From: Sphagnum compactum
Taxonomy: Eukaryota
NCBI GenBank assembly: GCA_965153455.1
Contig: OZ234494.1
Span: 6,324,001-6,388,000, forward strand
Direction: 5' to 3'
Length of the DNA stretch: 64,000 bases
The position numbers and the translations under genes are program-made. Shown piece after piece: positions 40,521 to 54,000 of the stretch. The notes beneath the pieces are model-generated. The model ran no database searches. It was not told where the DNA came from and saw nothing but the letters and a program-made list of their open reading frames with translations. Position 1 is the first letter of the stretch; every line of letters starts with the position of its first letter.

Positions 40521-41973
40521 GAGGGATTTTCAAGATCGAATCTTTCTCAACGTTTGTGGTTCTCGAGTGCAAGTAGAGCCCTCGAGCTATGGTAGTCTTT
40601 GCAAGGCATAATATATGTCATTTCTGCATTTGTAGCATACCATCTTTGTAGTCTTCCTGTTAGTCAGTACAATTGTTTCGTTTCATGAATCATGAATCTT
40701 TATTTTATGTTCTTTATTCAGGTTGTTTCCAATACTTGAGAACATTGCTGTGCTGTAGCTCGGAAGACTCCCTGCCGCGTATGCATGAGCGGCTTCAAGG
40801 CGAATTTCCGCGTTGTAAGGATTTTAAAATTTTTTTACAAGCACATTCAACTAAGTTTCTGACCTGGTTTCATTCTTTACATATTTGAAGAGCTGACAGC
40901 GTTTTCCACCTCCTAGACGTAATTTTTAGATGCAATTTCTTCCCTTGCAGAGCAAGATGGAAATTTCTTTTTGTTTCGCTGGTAGCTGTAGTTTGTGGAC
41001 TTTGTCGTTTCATTTTCCTTGCCGACATTTTTCCTGTGTCCAGTCGCTTCACTCTGTCTTCCTAGTTCGCGCCTATTGGCTTACACGTTTGTAGCTTGTT
41101 TTGGAGATGTGAAGATTGCTGTTGGACATTTTGAGCCTACGTGTGCAAATCACAGAGGTTGGGGTTTGTTGAAGTTTAACGAGGACCCGTTTGGCTGCTT
41201 TTTTGGTGCAGTGTGATGCCTGGGAGGTTATAATATAATCAGCTTTATGGAGCTGCGCTGAACGGTACTGTTCATTGTGACGTGGAGAGTAGAGAAGATC
41301 AGTCGTGTATCTCGGTGTTGTGTCTTTCCTCGACGGGGAACATCCGTGGAAGTTATAAGCATTAGGTATGTTCGATGGTTTTCCTGTCTCCGGTGAGAAA
41401 TGGACGATGTACTCTAGTGTCGAAAGCTCCCAGCCCTCGTCGTTTTGAAGGTTGACTAGTAGTTTTCGACTCTGGGCCTGCATCTCGTAGGCGATGAATA
41501 CTCGTTGGTGTGCTACAATCTCACGGATTTTCGGCATACTGTTTCTGCATAGCTTCTGGAGTGGTTATTTCTATATATTTGCAGCTAGCAATGAGTTATA
41601 AAATGACACTTTTGTATGTTTGGCAGTACGGAAAATAACAATGTGCAACAGAGTACCCTATTTGCAACAGGAAGATTTTTTGGGATGTTCTCTTGTGTAA
41701 TTGAAACGAAATGATTGCATGAGAGCGAAACGACAATTTTTGTCATCTATCAATTCAGAGAAGAATGAAAGCCATTAGTTCTTGAGAGCGACGCCCTATC
41801 TTATTCTATGTTATAGGAGTCACTACATGCAGCAAGGATTTTTCAATAGCCGGAAGCTTTTAAGCTCGCAGCTCAATGGCGTCGTACCAATCACTGGCGC
41901 TACGTGATACGTGATATTTAGTATGTAACCATATCAAAGGGTTTACATGTAACGATACGGGATCTTGGACGTC

Positions 41974-44900
41974 ATGGCTGGCAGTCATGTGAGTATTTTC
42001 ACCTTGGTGGAGTCTCTGATGTTGATTTATTAATGAGCGTTTTGATTTCAATTGCCGATTGTAACGTCTTCGTAATGCAAACCGTCACCTGTTCCTCGTC
42101 AAATTTGAAACTCTCACTGGTGCCTTGACTTGGACATTGGTTAATGTCCCTATTTTTTAATGTCGGATTTTGATTGCAGAGTGACTGGCCAGTGCATCAG
42201 CTATGGCCGCCTCCTGAGGACAACAGAAGTACTGAATTGGATGTGGTGTTCTTTCATGGGCTCCAATTATCTGCTGATTACACTGATGATGCCTGGCGTA
42301 GTACATGGACACAACGAGGAAACGAAAACGTATGTTGGCCTGAAAAATGGCTGCCGTTTGATTTGGAGGGAGCTGTGCGCATTTTTTCCGTATCATACAA
42401 CGCACATGTAGTAACCTCCCCTCATGATCACGTATCAGAGATTGCACATAACCTATTCCAGAATCTCATGGATCGTAGGTACAAAGTCACCTCTCTTTCA
42501 TTGTCAAAATGGCATGCTTGGGCCAATGAATTGGATTCAGTTGTATATGTCAAAAGGAATCAAGTTAATCAAAGAAAGATTTTGTAGCCCCACCGCAGGG
42601 TTATCTCTAATTTGTATCAAATATCTGTAGGCTTGTCAGTGTTTTTAGATCAGCCAACTGTGGATAATATTTTGATGTCCGAAAATGAACATTTACATAT
42701 AGTATATAGTGTATATGATGATTCTGGAATGTGGTGCATTTTTTAAAAGGGCTTTTTCAATTCTGAAAGTACCACGAGGAGAGCTAGCTCATTGTGGAAT
42801 GAGTCTCTTTGAATGTGATGAATTTCATTCACAATACTATAGGAAATGTAGCCGGCAATTGTATATTTTCTGAAATCATCAGAGAAAATGAATATGTTTG
42901 CAGGTATGAATGGCATCATCCTATTGTGTTAATAGGCCATAGTTTTGGAGGGTTGGTTTTGAAAAGTTTGGTTGTAAAATTGGTAAAGACATCAACCATC
43001 CAGAATCCTGCCAATGTATTGTCTGAAGTTACAGTGCAGCGTGCAAAAATGTTTTTGAGGAACGTGAGAGGTGTGGCATTCTATGCTGTTCCACATTCTG
43101 GATCAAACATTGCTGAATATGTGAAATTGTTAAGATGCTGCAACCGAAATCTTACCAACAGCGGATGTCATCCATTACTAGATAACATTCAACCCTGGAA
43201 AAGAGATATGGAAGAGTTATCAAAGGATTTTGATGACATAGCCAATGAAAAGAAAATCAATATATACGCGTTCTGCGAGGGCAGGCGAATGGAGCAAGTG
43301 GTACGTATATGATGAAGAAAATGAATTTTTGGCAACCAAACAGCTGTGATCTTTTTGATTTTGTCTGGCGCTGACTCAGTCAATTTTGGCTTAATGATTG
43401 GACCAGGGACTTTTAGTGGAGGTTAGCTTGGCACAACGATTAGCACGAGATAATTTTTACAAGGTTGAAGATGCTAATCACATCGAGGTTTGCAAGCCAC
43501 TAAGCAAACAACATGTCAGCTACAGTTTGCTTCTACAACTTATCTGCCTTTGCCAACAGGTTAGTGTCGTTCACAGTGAGTTAGGTGTTTTGGACATGGA
43601 AGCACTTGCAAAATACAGTATAATTTCCCTTTTGGTAAGGGAGGATATTTGATCTTTTATAACTTGACTGTAGAGTTTGAATTAATATTAATTTTTCATC
43701 GTCCCATCCTAATTTCCTGGGAGAGCGTCATTTTAATCCGGTGATTATATTCTAATGTTGTGTTATATATATTGTAAATGTACTAACTTTATTGTAAATG
43801 CATGTTCAATATGAAAGTGGCAAGAGGAAATGATCAACCTTTACAAAAGGTCCATGATTTGCCTCAAGCAATGTTTGGTATGGACAGCTATGTGGAAAGT
43901 GTAGAGTCAATGGTGATATCCGAACAAAGTGGTGCAGAACCTCAATATGTGGCAGTGTTGGGAATGGGTGGAGTTGGGAAAACTCTTCTTCTTCAAAGAG
44001 TATATGGTAGTCGAAAAGTATATGACCATTTTAGGGCGAAGTTCATTTGGTGCACAGTAACGCAAACTCCTGACATCATGGCTCTATATCGAAAGTTCAG
44101 TGCAGAACTGGGTCTCGGAAACTCTATATCGGAAGTGGGTGCAGAAGAAGCTCTGATAGTAGAGAATTACAAGCACGAATTATTCAATCATTTTAAACAG
44201 AGAAAAGTATTCTTGGTTTTGGATGATGTTTGGGAAGTCGAAGCATTTAATTCTCTTGACTTAGCTAGGGGAAAAGGAAGTGTCACGTTGTTGAGCACTA
44301 GAGACCACTCATTATTGGACAAAATATCTCGACAGGTAAAGCAACAGAAAATGACTCCTCTGTTGAAGGAAGATAGTTGGAGCCTTTTTTGTCAGCATGC
44401 ATTCAAACCACCATCCAATGTCCCACGTGAATTAGAGGCATTGGCACGGTGCGTGGCCGACGAGTGCAAGGGTCTACCATTAGCACTCAAAGTTATTGGC
44501 GGAGCAATGTGCGGCAAAGTCAACCGTAAATATGAATGGGAGCCTCTTCTGAAAGCTCTTGTCATGACACCTATGCATGATAAGAGTGTCGAAGACCAGT
44601 TATATGAGCGTTTGAAAATTGGCTACAATCTCCTCTCTGAGGAGGATTATCGCTTGAAGCAATGTTTTCATTACTTTGCAGCGTTTCCTGAAGATTCTAC
44701 CATCATTTTTGAAGAGATTTTGTTCCATTGGACTGCGGAGAAGTTGGTGTCGGTGGATGATGCAAATGATTCTGCAGCAGATGCATTTTCCTTGCTAAAG
44801 AAGTTGTGGGAGCGATCATTCATTGAATCAAATGGACAGTTCAGTTCAGATGAATCTTATATGCTGAATTTCAAGCTGCATGATGTAATGAGAGATTTGG

Positions 44901-46114
44901 CTTTGTACATACTGGAAAAAGATTGTGACACACCCCCTGCAAAGGAGGTTTATTTTTATCAAGCAGGTCGAAATTGGGGTGAAGTACCCAAAGACTGGAA
45001 AACATTATTGGCAGCTCGGAGAATATCATTGGACACGAACAAGTTGGAGAGACTTCCTGAGAATTTTTGTGCACCTAACTTGGTGTCTCTACTACTCGGT
45101 CGGAATCCTATAGTCTCTTTATCAGCTAATTTTTCGAGCAATTTTCCAATGCTAAGTGTTCTGAATCTGAGGAATGGACAGTTTCACAGTTTACCTAAGG
45201 AACTTGGTGATCTTAAAAATTTGGTTTGTCTTGATCTCTCTAATTGTCATGATCTAGAGATTTTGCCAAACACAGTACGTAAACTACGTGAGTTGAAATT
45301 CCTCATTTTAGATGATTGCTGGAATTTAAAGTATCTCCCTTCTGGAGTAGTTAACCTCACAAAATTGCAAGTATTACACACCGCCTATTGTGAAAATTTG
45401 ACATGGGCTGAACATACATTATCACACACGGCAGACGCAGAATCCGAATATTCAACTGTTGCAGCATCATTGGAAGATATATGTCGATTGCTTCTCCTCA
45501 CAGAACTTATAATCTCTGCAAAAAAACCGCGAGAGCCATATATTAAAATTCTGGACGGCCGACTTGTTAGAGTTGGCAGGTGGACTCAGAAGAAGCTGCC
45601 TAACAATATATCTTCACTTACACAGCTGCAACTTCTACAGGTTTGGGTGGAGATTGGAAGCCTGCCACCTAACCTGGCATATGGGTGTATACAACTTCAA
45701 GTACTTGAATTGCATTCTTCAAAGTTGACAGCTCTTCCAACGGATTTCACATGTCGTGGGGCGTTCCCAGCTCTTATAAAGTTAAAACTACCTTGTTCTC
45801 ACTTTATCACATTTCCAGAAGTGCATGAAGGTGCTTTGCCTAAATTGCGAAAAATCTTCATTGACAGTCACCGTCTTCAAGACTTACCTCTCTCTTTGCA
45901 GGTTCTGCCCGACTTAAGTATCTTAATTGTACCGGATTGTACAAATAGCCTCTTCAAGTCAATAAGGGAAAATTGTCAAAGATCGTCAATATGGCGTAAC
46001 TGGAACATTAATATTAGTTATAGTCAAGATACTTTAGTAGATCTGGAATATACATTAGAGACTACTAGAGAATATACATTCAACCTTCAGGATACATTCA
46101 TGCGCCGTCGATAG
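41974..46114 (+). CDS. alpha/beta-hydrolase-NB-ARC-LRR immune receptor (HNL-type NLR)
   Basis: Exons 41974-41988 (tentative), 42180-42478, 42904-43300, 43407-43559 and a last exon from ~43817 or 43850 to 46114. Hydrolase motifs: DVVFFHGL, CWPEKWLP, GHSFGG, ANHIEVCKP. NB-ARC motifs: GMGGVGKT, FLVLDDVW, GLPLAL, LHD. LxxLxLxxC LRRs follow. Confidence 0.92.
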
Positions 46115-46849
46115 AGGAGAAATTATTTTAAACGGAGAAGTGACGAAGGATGAAAGCAAATTGTATCCATAAAATTTTGTTTCTGTTTAGATGATGAAGA
46201 AGGAAGATTGAAGTTTGAAAGTTAGGTGATGGAGAAGGTAAAATGAAGCTTGGAAGTATATATAAACAAACTATAAAAATGGAATACAAAAATGGATGAA
46301 AATAGTGGAAGGACGCTTAGTAAATGTGAGCAAGTAAATAAATAAAAAATTATAGTTCTGTAAGTAAAATCTCTATAACCTAGAGAAATCATAAGGAACA
46401 ATCATTTCTTCAAAAATTACTCAAAAGTTTGAATTGAGAATTAAAGGTGATAATCTATTGCCGTTGCCATCCAATCACCTCATTTCACATGATAGAATTG
46501 GGAAGATGATTTCACATGTCTACTAAGAAGTTAACTTCAATTATTATTATTATTTTCATATTATATTCAAATGATCTCTATATAGACAGAATATACTTTA
46601 AAGGAAAAAGAACTATTTAATTCGTGAACTTCAATTATTATTATTATTTTCATACTATGTACAAATGGAAAAGAAACTTTTATTTAGACACATCATACTT
46701 TAAGGGAAAAATAACTATTTAATTCGTTTGAAAATATATTTCAATCAAATAATTGAATACATTTCAACAATCATGTTTTGAAAATACATATATGTGAACA
46801 TTCCTTTTTTTTCACACGTCCAAATGAAAACAAAAATAAATCCAAACTG

Positions 46850-47764
46850 TACACATCATAATGTAAAGAAAAATATAACACAGTCAATATATGTAACACC
46901 AATATGGATATTGATTGGTAAATTTTGTCAACTCTCAAAAGATATACAAAAGCTTGTTGTATATCTGATTTTGCTTCTCATCATCATATAAGTTTTTTTT
47001 CTCATATTTAGATATGAGGTCTTGCAAACAATTAAGAATTTTCACAATACCACGAACAAAACATTCATGATAATATGATCCTGCTAGATTTGTGGGAAAT
47101 ATGAATTTCGCGTTCTTTAAAAAAAACAACATTGTTTAACAATATGTTGAAAAAAAATGGTTCAATATGTTTGCCAGGATTGAAGTTTATGAACCGCACC
47201 AAGTGTTCACTTTTATATTAAAAAAACCCTAATTTATCTTTGCGCAAACATGTCTTCTTCTTCAATTCTTACTTCAATTCTTGCTGTTGTGGAGAAAATT
47301 GTTTCCAATACTTTGTAAATGTGCATTGGGCCATGTTAAAAGGTCGTGCACAATATATATCAATAGGATGAAATCCAAGTATCCTGGATTTAGTCACCAT
47401 TTTTGTACGCAAGTTTGACGATTTTGAATCAACATACTTTACACCAACACTTTTTGATATGATTGGGATTTGTAAACATGAGAAGGCTGCTTCAGCTGGA
47501 GATACAGGTTTAGCTATTATTGTTGCCGAAATCAATTGAAGTTACAAAGGGGTTGCATCAACCAACCTCAATCTTCTTGCATGAACGTCATCCAATTTAT
47601 TAGTGCCTTGTGGTTCACATTTCATAGCATATTTCAAAAGATAATATGACCAATATGAAGATGTGATTCGTTGAATGTTCATGTGTGCACCCCACAATAT
47701 CAATGTAGTACAATGATAAGGCACCACATTTCGATCTTCACATCGTGGACGATAGTATTGCCAC
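46850..47764 (-). mobile_element. Helitron RepHel fragment (Rep Y2 motif and downstream region), pseudogenised
   Basis: After an AG acceptor: RNVVPYH...LWGAHMNIQRIT...YYLLKYAMKCEP (YxxKY), PVSPAEAAFSCLQIPI, Y..RP, EPFFFNILL...SYYHEC. In-frame stops at ~47542 and ~47269, and a later frameshift. Confidence 0.8.
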
Positions 47765-50152
47765 CTAATTCATAAGTAGTTCAAACAAGTCAAAAGCCAT
47801 TTGAATATTTCAAACAATGATTAAATTTTGAATACTTAAATATCCACTAAAATGTGAATATCATGTTAACAATGGAAATTGTGTTAAATGAAAATTTTGA
47901 TTATCATGGAATTGATATCATATTAAAATTCACGTTTTAAAAACATACAGAAGATTTTTGAACTTGAATAATCAAGTGTTCAAAATAAGAAATTTTTTGC
48001 AAAGATAAGATTACGGTCTCTCTTAATAGTAAAGATTACTAATTGCATAAATATAAAAATCATAATAACTGATTAATTAACTCAAAATCACACTTGATTT
48101 GAATTTTTTTAACCCACCTTTGCGTGATTAGATGTTGAGCTGCATGTTGTTCAACAAATATAATAATGGGTTTTGGATTATTGTTAGCATTATTGGAATG
48201 TACCATAAAATGAACATATATTTAATAAAACTAAAAAGTATAATTATTTTAATGAAAATAATGATTATATTATTCGACTTATGGTTTTTTATTATTATAC
48301 TAAGGTTTTCCAACAAGTTATGCAATATTAAACTTGTTATAAATTTGAGGCAATTATTAGTGATGTCAAACATGCCATGTACAGGGGAAGGGATTGTAGT
48401 TGGACATGGCTCTTCATTACCCAAAGCGATGAACCCGTTACCACTTGTTTGCTATTACCAACCTATATAGTGTTGGCCTGCGCAGGAAACAAGAAAACAC
48501 ACACTGAGAACCATTCTCAAAACACATCAACATAGCCTACTGTACCTGGCTATAGGATCAATCTCTTCAATTGCTTCAACCTGACTCTGGCCTCGCAAGT
48601 CTTCAACCTAGTGCAATATGAGGTATATGTTATTCACTTGATAGTAAGACCATAGGCAGGATATGAGTCACCCTCAGGCCTACCTCCATTAAAGAAACAC
48701 CTTGAGCCAAGGAAGTATTTTTTCTCACTCACTCAGAAAGTGAGAGAACAAGTCATGAGTGTTATGAGGAGAGGAAATCTTTAAGATAATTTTCTTATAA
48801 TGGATTCGGCGTATGTCGACACCCCTAGCAAGGAAGAATACCTAAAGGTGACCCCAACATGGTCATGGAGTTTACCTTCTTGAGCTGTCTTCCATAAACA
48901 CTAACTTTTGTTAGTCTCTGGCTTACAATTACTTTACAACAAGTTGTTATGATTGATTCTACTACAAATCACTCTATTCTGAAAACTATCCCTGCCATTT
49001 ATTGAAACAAGAAATGAGTCTAGAACCCATAAGTATTTTTTTCCTTCCATTAGCTCTATACACAAGTCCAAAGTCTGACACATGGACATCCAGAATGTCA
49101 AAAACAGGCTTCTTCAAACTTCAACAAATCACCAGTAATAGAATGTTGTAGACTATATAGTTTTCAGTAGCAGATTTCAGCAGAGAAACCACAAGCTTTC
49201 AGACTCAAATCTTTCATAAGACTATGTCATAATGACCAAAACGACTGTCAGTATTAAATGCTAACCATGCCTTGAAACTGAGTTACTGACTATACCAAAA
49301 AAGCCAAACAGCCAGTAATGGAAGTAGGATTGAAACCCTTCCCATCCAAAAACAATGCAGTCTTGGTGGGACTGCAAAATCCAAAGAAGTCTACATGAAA
49401 GTATGATTGACTGCAAAACAATCTCCTTGTACCCCAAATATATTGAGGCACAAGTGTTGTATCCATCTATTTTTATTTGTCTTGAAAAATCACCTGCCCC
49501 TCCACACAGTTTTTGTGAAACAGACTGAGTTTAAGAGCTACACCATCCCACAAAGTTGAACTGGACAACAAACATATGTAAGCAAGGTGCACTCTTATGA
49601 ATATCCCAACAAAGAACAATTATATAACTAACTCAGGGCACCAAGTACAAAACATCAACAAATGTTGAGCATGTTGGAAGAAATTGAAGGCCATGCAATT
49701 TGTTTAGTCTTGCAAACAGAAATAGACAAGACATTAGGGTTAGTCTTACCTTCCCCAGGCTTTGTAAGCCAATTGGTGCCACAGGTTTCAATCTCTCTGA
49801 ATCAAGCATATTCCAAAAAGGGCACCATGGAAAGAAGATTCATACTTTCATATGTTTCGTAAGCCAATAGGTGTCAAAGATCATAAGCTCCATCAGTTCG
49901 AGAGACATGCCATGGGGACAGAGAGGGAAGATGGGTTGAAAGCTTGGAGGAAAATTCTGGGTCACACCATATAAACATTGCCCTTGGAACTGAAATGGGG
50001 GAAGGTCATTCTGGAAACATAGTCAAGGAACTGGGGGATGACAAAAGACTGCTAAAAGGTTAAGTTGTGAGATGAGAGCAAAACAAACAAGCTTTTCAAG
50101 ATGATGTAAAACTCAAGTAAGACAAACATCGACAGATGTCCCAGTGTATTGT

Positions 50153-50542
50153 TCTCCATTATGAACTGTGTAACACACCACACAGAATGCATTCCCCCAC
50201 CAGGCCAACTGACAAAAAATCAAACTTTCCTAAGTTTTGAACTTTTGATTTTCAGCTCCATAAATTGTCCTCCATTATGAACTGTGTAACACACCACATA
50301 GAATGCATTCCCCCACCAGGCCAACTGACAGAAAATCAAACTTTCCTGAGTTTTGAACTTTTGATTTTCAGCTCCATAAATTGGAAAAATTGATGCCACG
50401 TGGCGCCCTGAAAATTTAGATTGCGTTTTGAGCCTGAGTTTTGAACTTTTGATTTTCAGCTCCATAAATTGGAAAATTTGATGCCACGTGGCGCCCTGAA
50501 AATTTAGATTGCGTTTTGAGCCCTCAAGCCTACCTCCACTAA
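50153..50542. repeat. Nested 116-bp and 88-bp tandem duplications ending in a dispersed terminal motif
   Basis: The ctccattatgaactgtgtaac unit occurs twice (50154, 50270). The cctgagttttgaac...ttttgagcc unit occurs twice (50345, 50433). Confidence 0.9.
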
Positions 50543-51029
50543 ATAATCATCATGGTGAAGATTCATTCCAAAAGCAAATCTTCAAAGACAACATTCATTC
50601 ATACTTAATCATCAAAAAATTTGCTCTACTCTTCCCAATGGCTAGTCCACAAATGAAATCTATAGACCTTAGTTGGAATCATGATCCAAATTTTGAATGT
50701 TCCATTTCATTAAATGCTTTCATATATTACAATATTTCATAAATATTGGAAAGAAAGATCCTTTTTATCTACAATCACATTCAATTCATCCTCAAGATCT
50801 GACACACAAAGACATTAAGATTTCATGAGAAGTTTGTCTTTACCACAAAGAATTTTGGAGAAGTTTCCTTTGTATTTAGAGTGCACTTATTCACATGAAC
50901 CTACCTGGAGCTTGTTCGCAGATTGTCACATGCTCACCAAACATGTGTGAGCTAAAACTATGATCTGCACACAAAATGCAACCTGTTGCTGGTTGTACAC
51001 CAATCTTCCAACAAGTTAGATGAATGGCT

Positions 51030-54000
51030 CTAGAGAGGCCTATGCTTTTTCTTCCCAGTAGAAGTTCAATGGTCCATTGCAACATCTGTTAGATAATCAC
51101 AACAACTCACAAACATTAGAGCACAGTTCACTGGTTACTTGAACTCTGGAGTGATCCATCTACAACCTGATAAAGCAATCAAAATTTCTGAAACAATTAG
51201 GTTCATAGGTCCTCCATGAACAAAATTTCCTATAGGTTTGGAAAATGACAGTGTAAGGATGTCTCAGAAGAGCTGAACACAGGAAAGAAAAAGTGAGTGT
51301 TTGACACTTACCTAAAGGGTAGATTGAATTATAGTGGATCTCTGCCCAGAAGCTCAAGTAAATTTCTGCATCACCACTAGTGAACAAAATGTCAGATTAA
51401 AAATGGACTGTAAGTGCTTTCAGAGCAGTATGCACATGCCAAATAAGAGATCTTCATGGACCTTACTGTATATCTAGCAAGCTAAGAGACATTGCTTGCC
51501 ATATCATTGCACAAAGTTTGTTGATCAGATATACGCCAGCATGTTGCAAACAGTGGTTCCACTAAATTATCATGCCAAGTAACTCTTGAGGAATAAAACG
51601 CATGGGAATGACCGCGCTTTGATTTGTGCTGTTTGGGTACAATTTCAATAAAGCATGTGTCCTTGAAGGAAGTGATCAAAGAAATCTTCATACCATACTG
51701 CAACCCATTACAACAGTTTATGTTTAGCACTATCATTTGACAGTTCAGTATGTTAGAAAGTTGCACTCACTCACTCCTCTCTTTCTCTCTCTATTCCATA
51801 AAAACTGAGCATGGAGTCTATAAAGGTAATAGAGGTTTCAATCTGGCAACATATCAGCAAACAGGAAAAGGAAAAAAGCGGAACGAAAAAAGAAAGGAGA
51901 CCCAACCCTAGAAATTAGAGAAAAGACTGACCGTTAGCTGGAACAACAACATTGGTCTCATGCATGTTCACTAACATAAAACATGAAAGAACAGAAGAGC
52001 AAAGAAACCAAAAAGAAAGAGCAACGCAAAAAGAGGAAGAAGAAAGAAAGAAAAAAACCAAACAAGCAATGAGGAAGAGAAAGAGAAAACCCATGGAATT
52101 TTAAGAGAACAGTCTTTGAGAGCAAAGTGGACTTCGAAAAAAAATAAAATAATCATCCAGAAGATTTCCACAAAGAAACACTAAAAACAATTTTTTTTGA
52201 AGCAAACCTCTGTTGTTGAAAAGAGATATAATTGCAAATGCAGGTGAGACCAAAGATTACATTATCAGCAGCAGCTTGCAATGTTACATGGTCACCCCAT
52301 TCACCACTCCTGCAAATCATTATCATCCCCCAGAGTGTACCACATCAACTCAAATCCAAGACATCAAGGTCACAAATAGAAGTATGCAAAAGCAAAGATT
52401 TGTAAGCAGCAAACTTTGCCATGTTCTCCACGTAATGCTCATAATCCATGGGGACGTAACCCGAATATGCATCTGGAGTCTTCATGAGCTGCTCCTACCA
52501 CCATTGGATTTTAAAACCAGAGTCATTGCTGGTTGCATCCCTTCATCTTCCTACTATTGAATTATTCCCACTCTGTCAACTACTGTGTAGGCACAAACCT
52601 AGTTTCTTCTTCTATTCCCTCCCAAACTGTCCCTGCCCCTCCCCTACAACACTACTGCTAGCAAAGGCAAACAAAAAATGAAGCTAAATTTCCATCTATG
52701 CAGTTGTGGATTAGTCGAATTTCATACACAACTGTACACTAGCTTTGACTCCTATCCACTTTGTGTAGTCGTGAACTGTACCTTCGAACACTGCATGGTT
52801 CTGGGGGAGGTGTCAACTTTCTTGTCTAAGGAAACCCCTTCACCATTGATAACTGTCCTCTCTTTAAAGCTAAAGGTGTCATCATAGAAAGGATGAGCAA
52901 AATTAGATACCTGCTTAACCACTGAGTCCCTCACAAACTTGTGATGCTCGGGGGTGCGATAGAGCTGATCTGATAATCCACAAAACTACCACCAGCCCAA
53001 TCACTCAAACATGCACAAGTGAATTCCCTGCACCTATCAATTCCCTGTAAGTTCCAATAGATGACTTATCTACAAATGGACTAGAACAGAAGGACTCTCC
53101 TTCATGCAACAGCTCCTGGCATCCCCAACCCTCCTTACACTAAGTCATTTGCCTTCACATCAACCTGGAGCAAATAATCATTCCAGAACCCAAGGTATAA
53201 TTTGGAAGTTCTGCTGACTATGCTCGGATGCATTTTAGAATGATCTGATCCACCTCCACTCTGCCAGGATAAATTTTCCATTTGAAATACACATAGCAAT
53301 CTAAAAAATGTGCAAGGGTGTGAAGAATAACCTGACAATTCCCATCACCTTCAATTCTCTGTTCACTCAGCCCATACAGACTCAACCTGTTTTCCCTCCA
53401 CCCAAAACAGCCATACGGTTTACTCATAAGGAAAGAGAATATAATCTCTAAATAGTTTTACAATGGTGTTTGACTGTGGTGCCACTCTGGAACACAGAAT
53501 ACATTCCTCCTTCCACCAATGCCAAGACATATGAATAAGGAAGTAATGGAGCTACTAGTGTCTTCACCTGTCCAGCAAGAGTTGGTGATCCTCTGAGGCA
53601 ACCTCTTGAGCTGGGACATCCCCATTAGTTTTTGGAACATGCTGCACACATGTAATAGATCCCCATGCTAAATTTGTGTTGGAAACATTTACCAGAAAAG
53701 TCCCATGATGTATACAAAAGAGCAAGCTGAAATCAGAAAGAATGGCCACATGCTGCTCACAAATTGATCATATTGTCATCCATTCTAGAAGGTGGGTTTA
53801 CTCCAGTTTCTGAGTTGACACAAAGAATGAGGACAAAAACTCTTTTTGAATAACTCCACAGATAGTGTACTCCCCAAGCATGTGACCCTTAGTCATGTGG
53901 AATATCATCAGAGAGGGCAAGTAATTTTTGATGGTCATCCTCATCTGACATTAATGTGGAGCATCGTGATTGAAGCTCAAAGTGGATGTAGCCTGCATCT

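Noticed and set aside
46850-47764. Replitron-type HUH transposase
   Set aside because: The motif has two tyrosines (YxxKY) and Helitron-like downstream blocks, whereas Replitrons are Y1.
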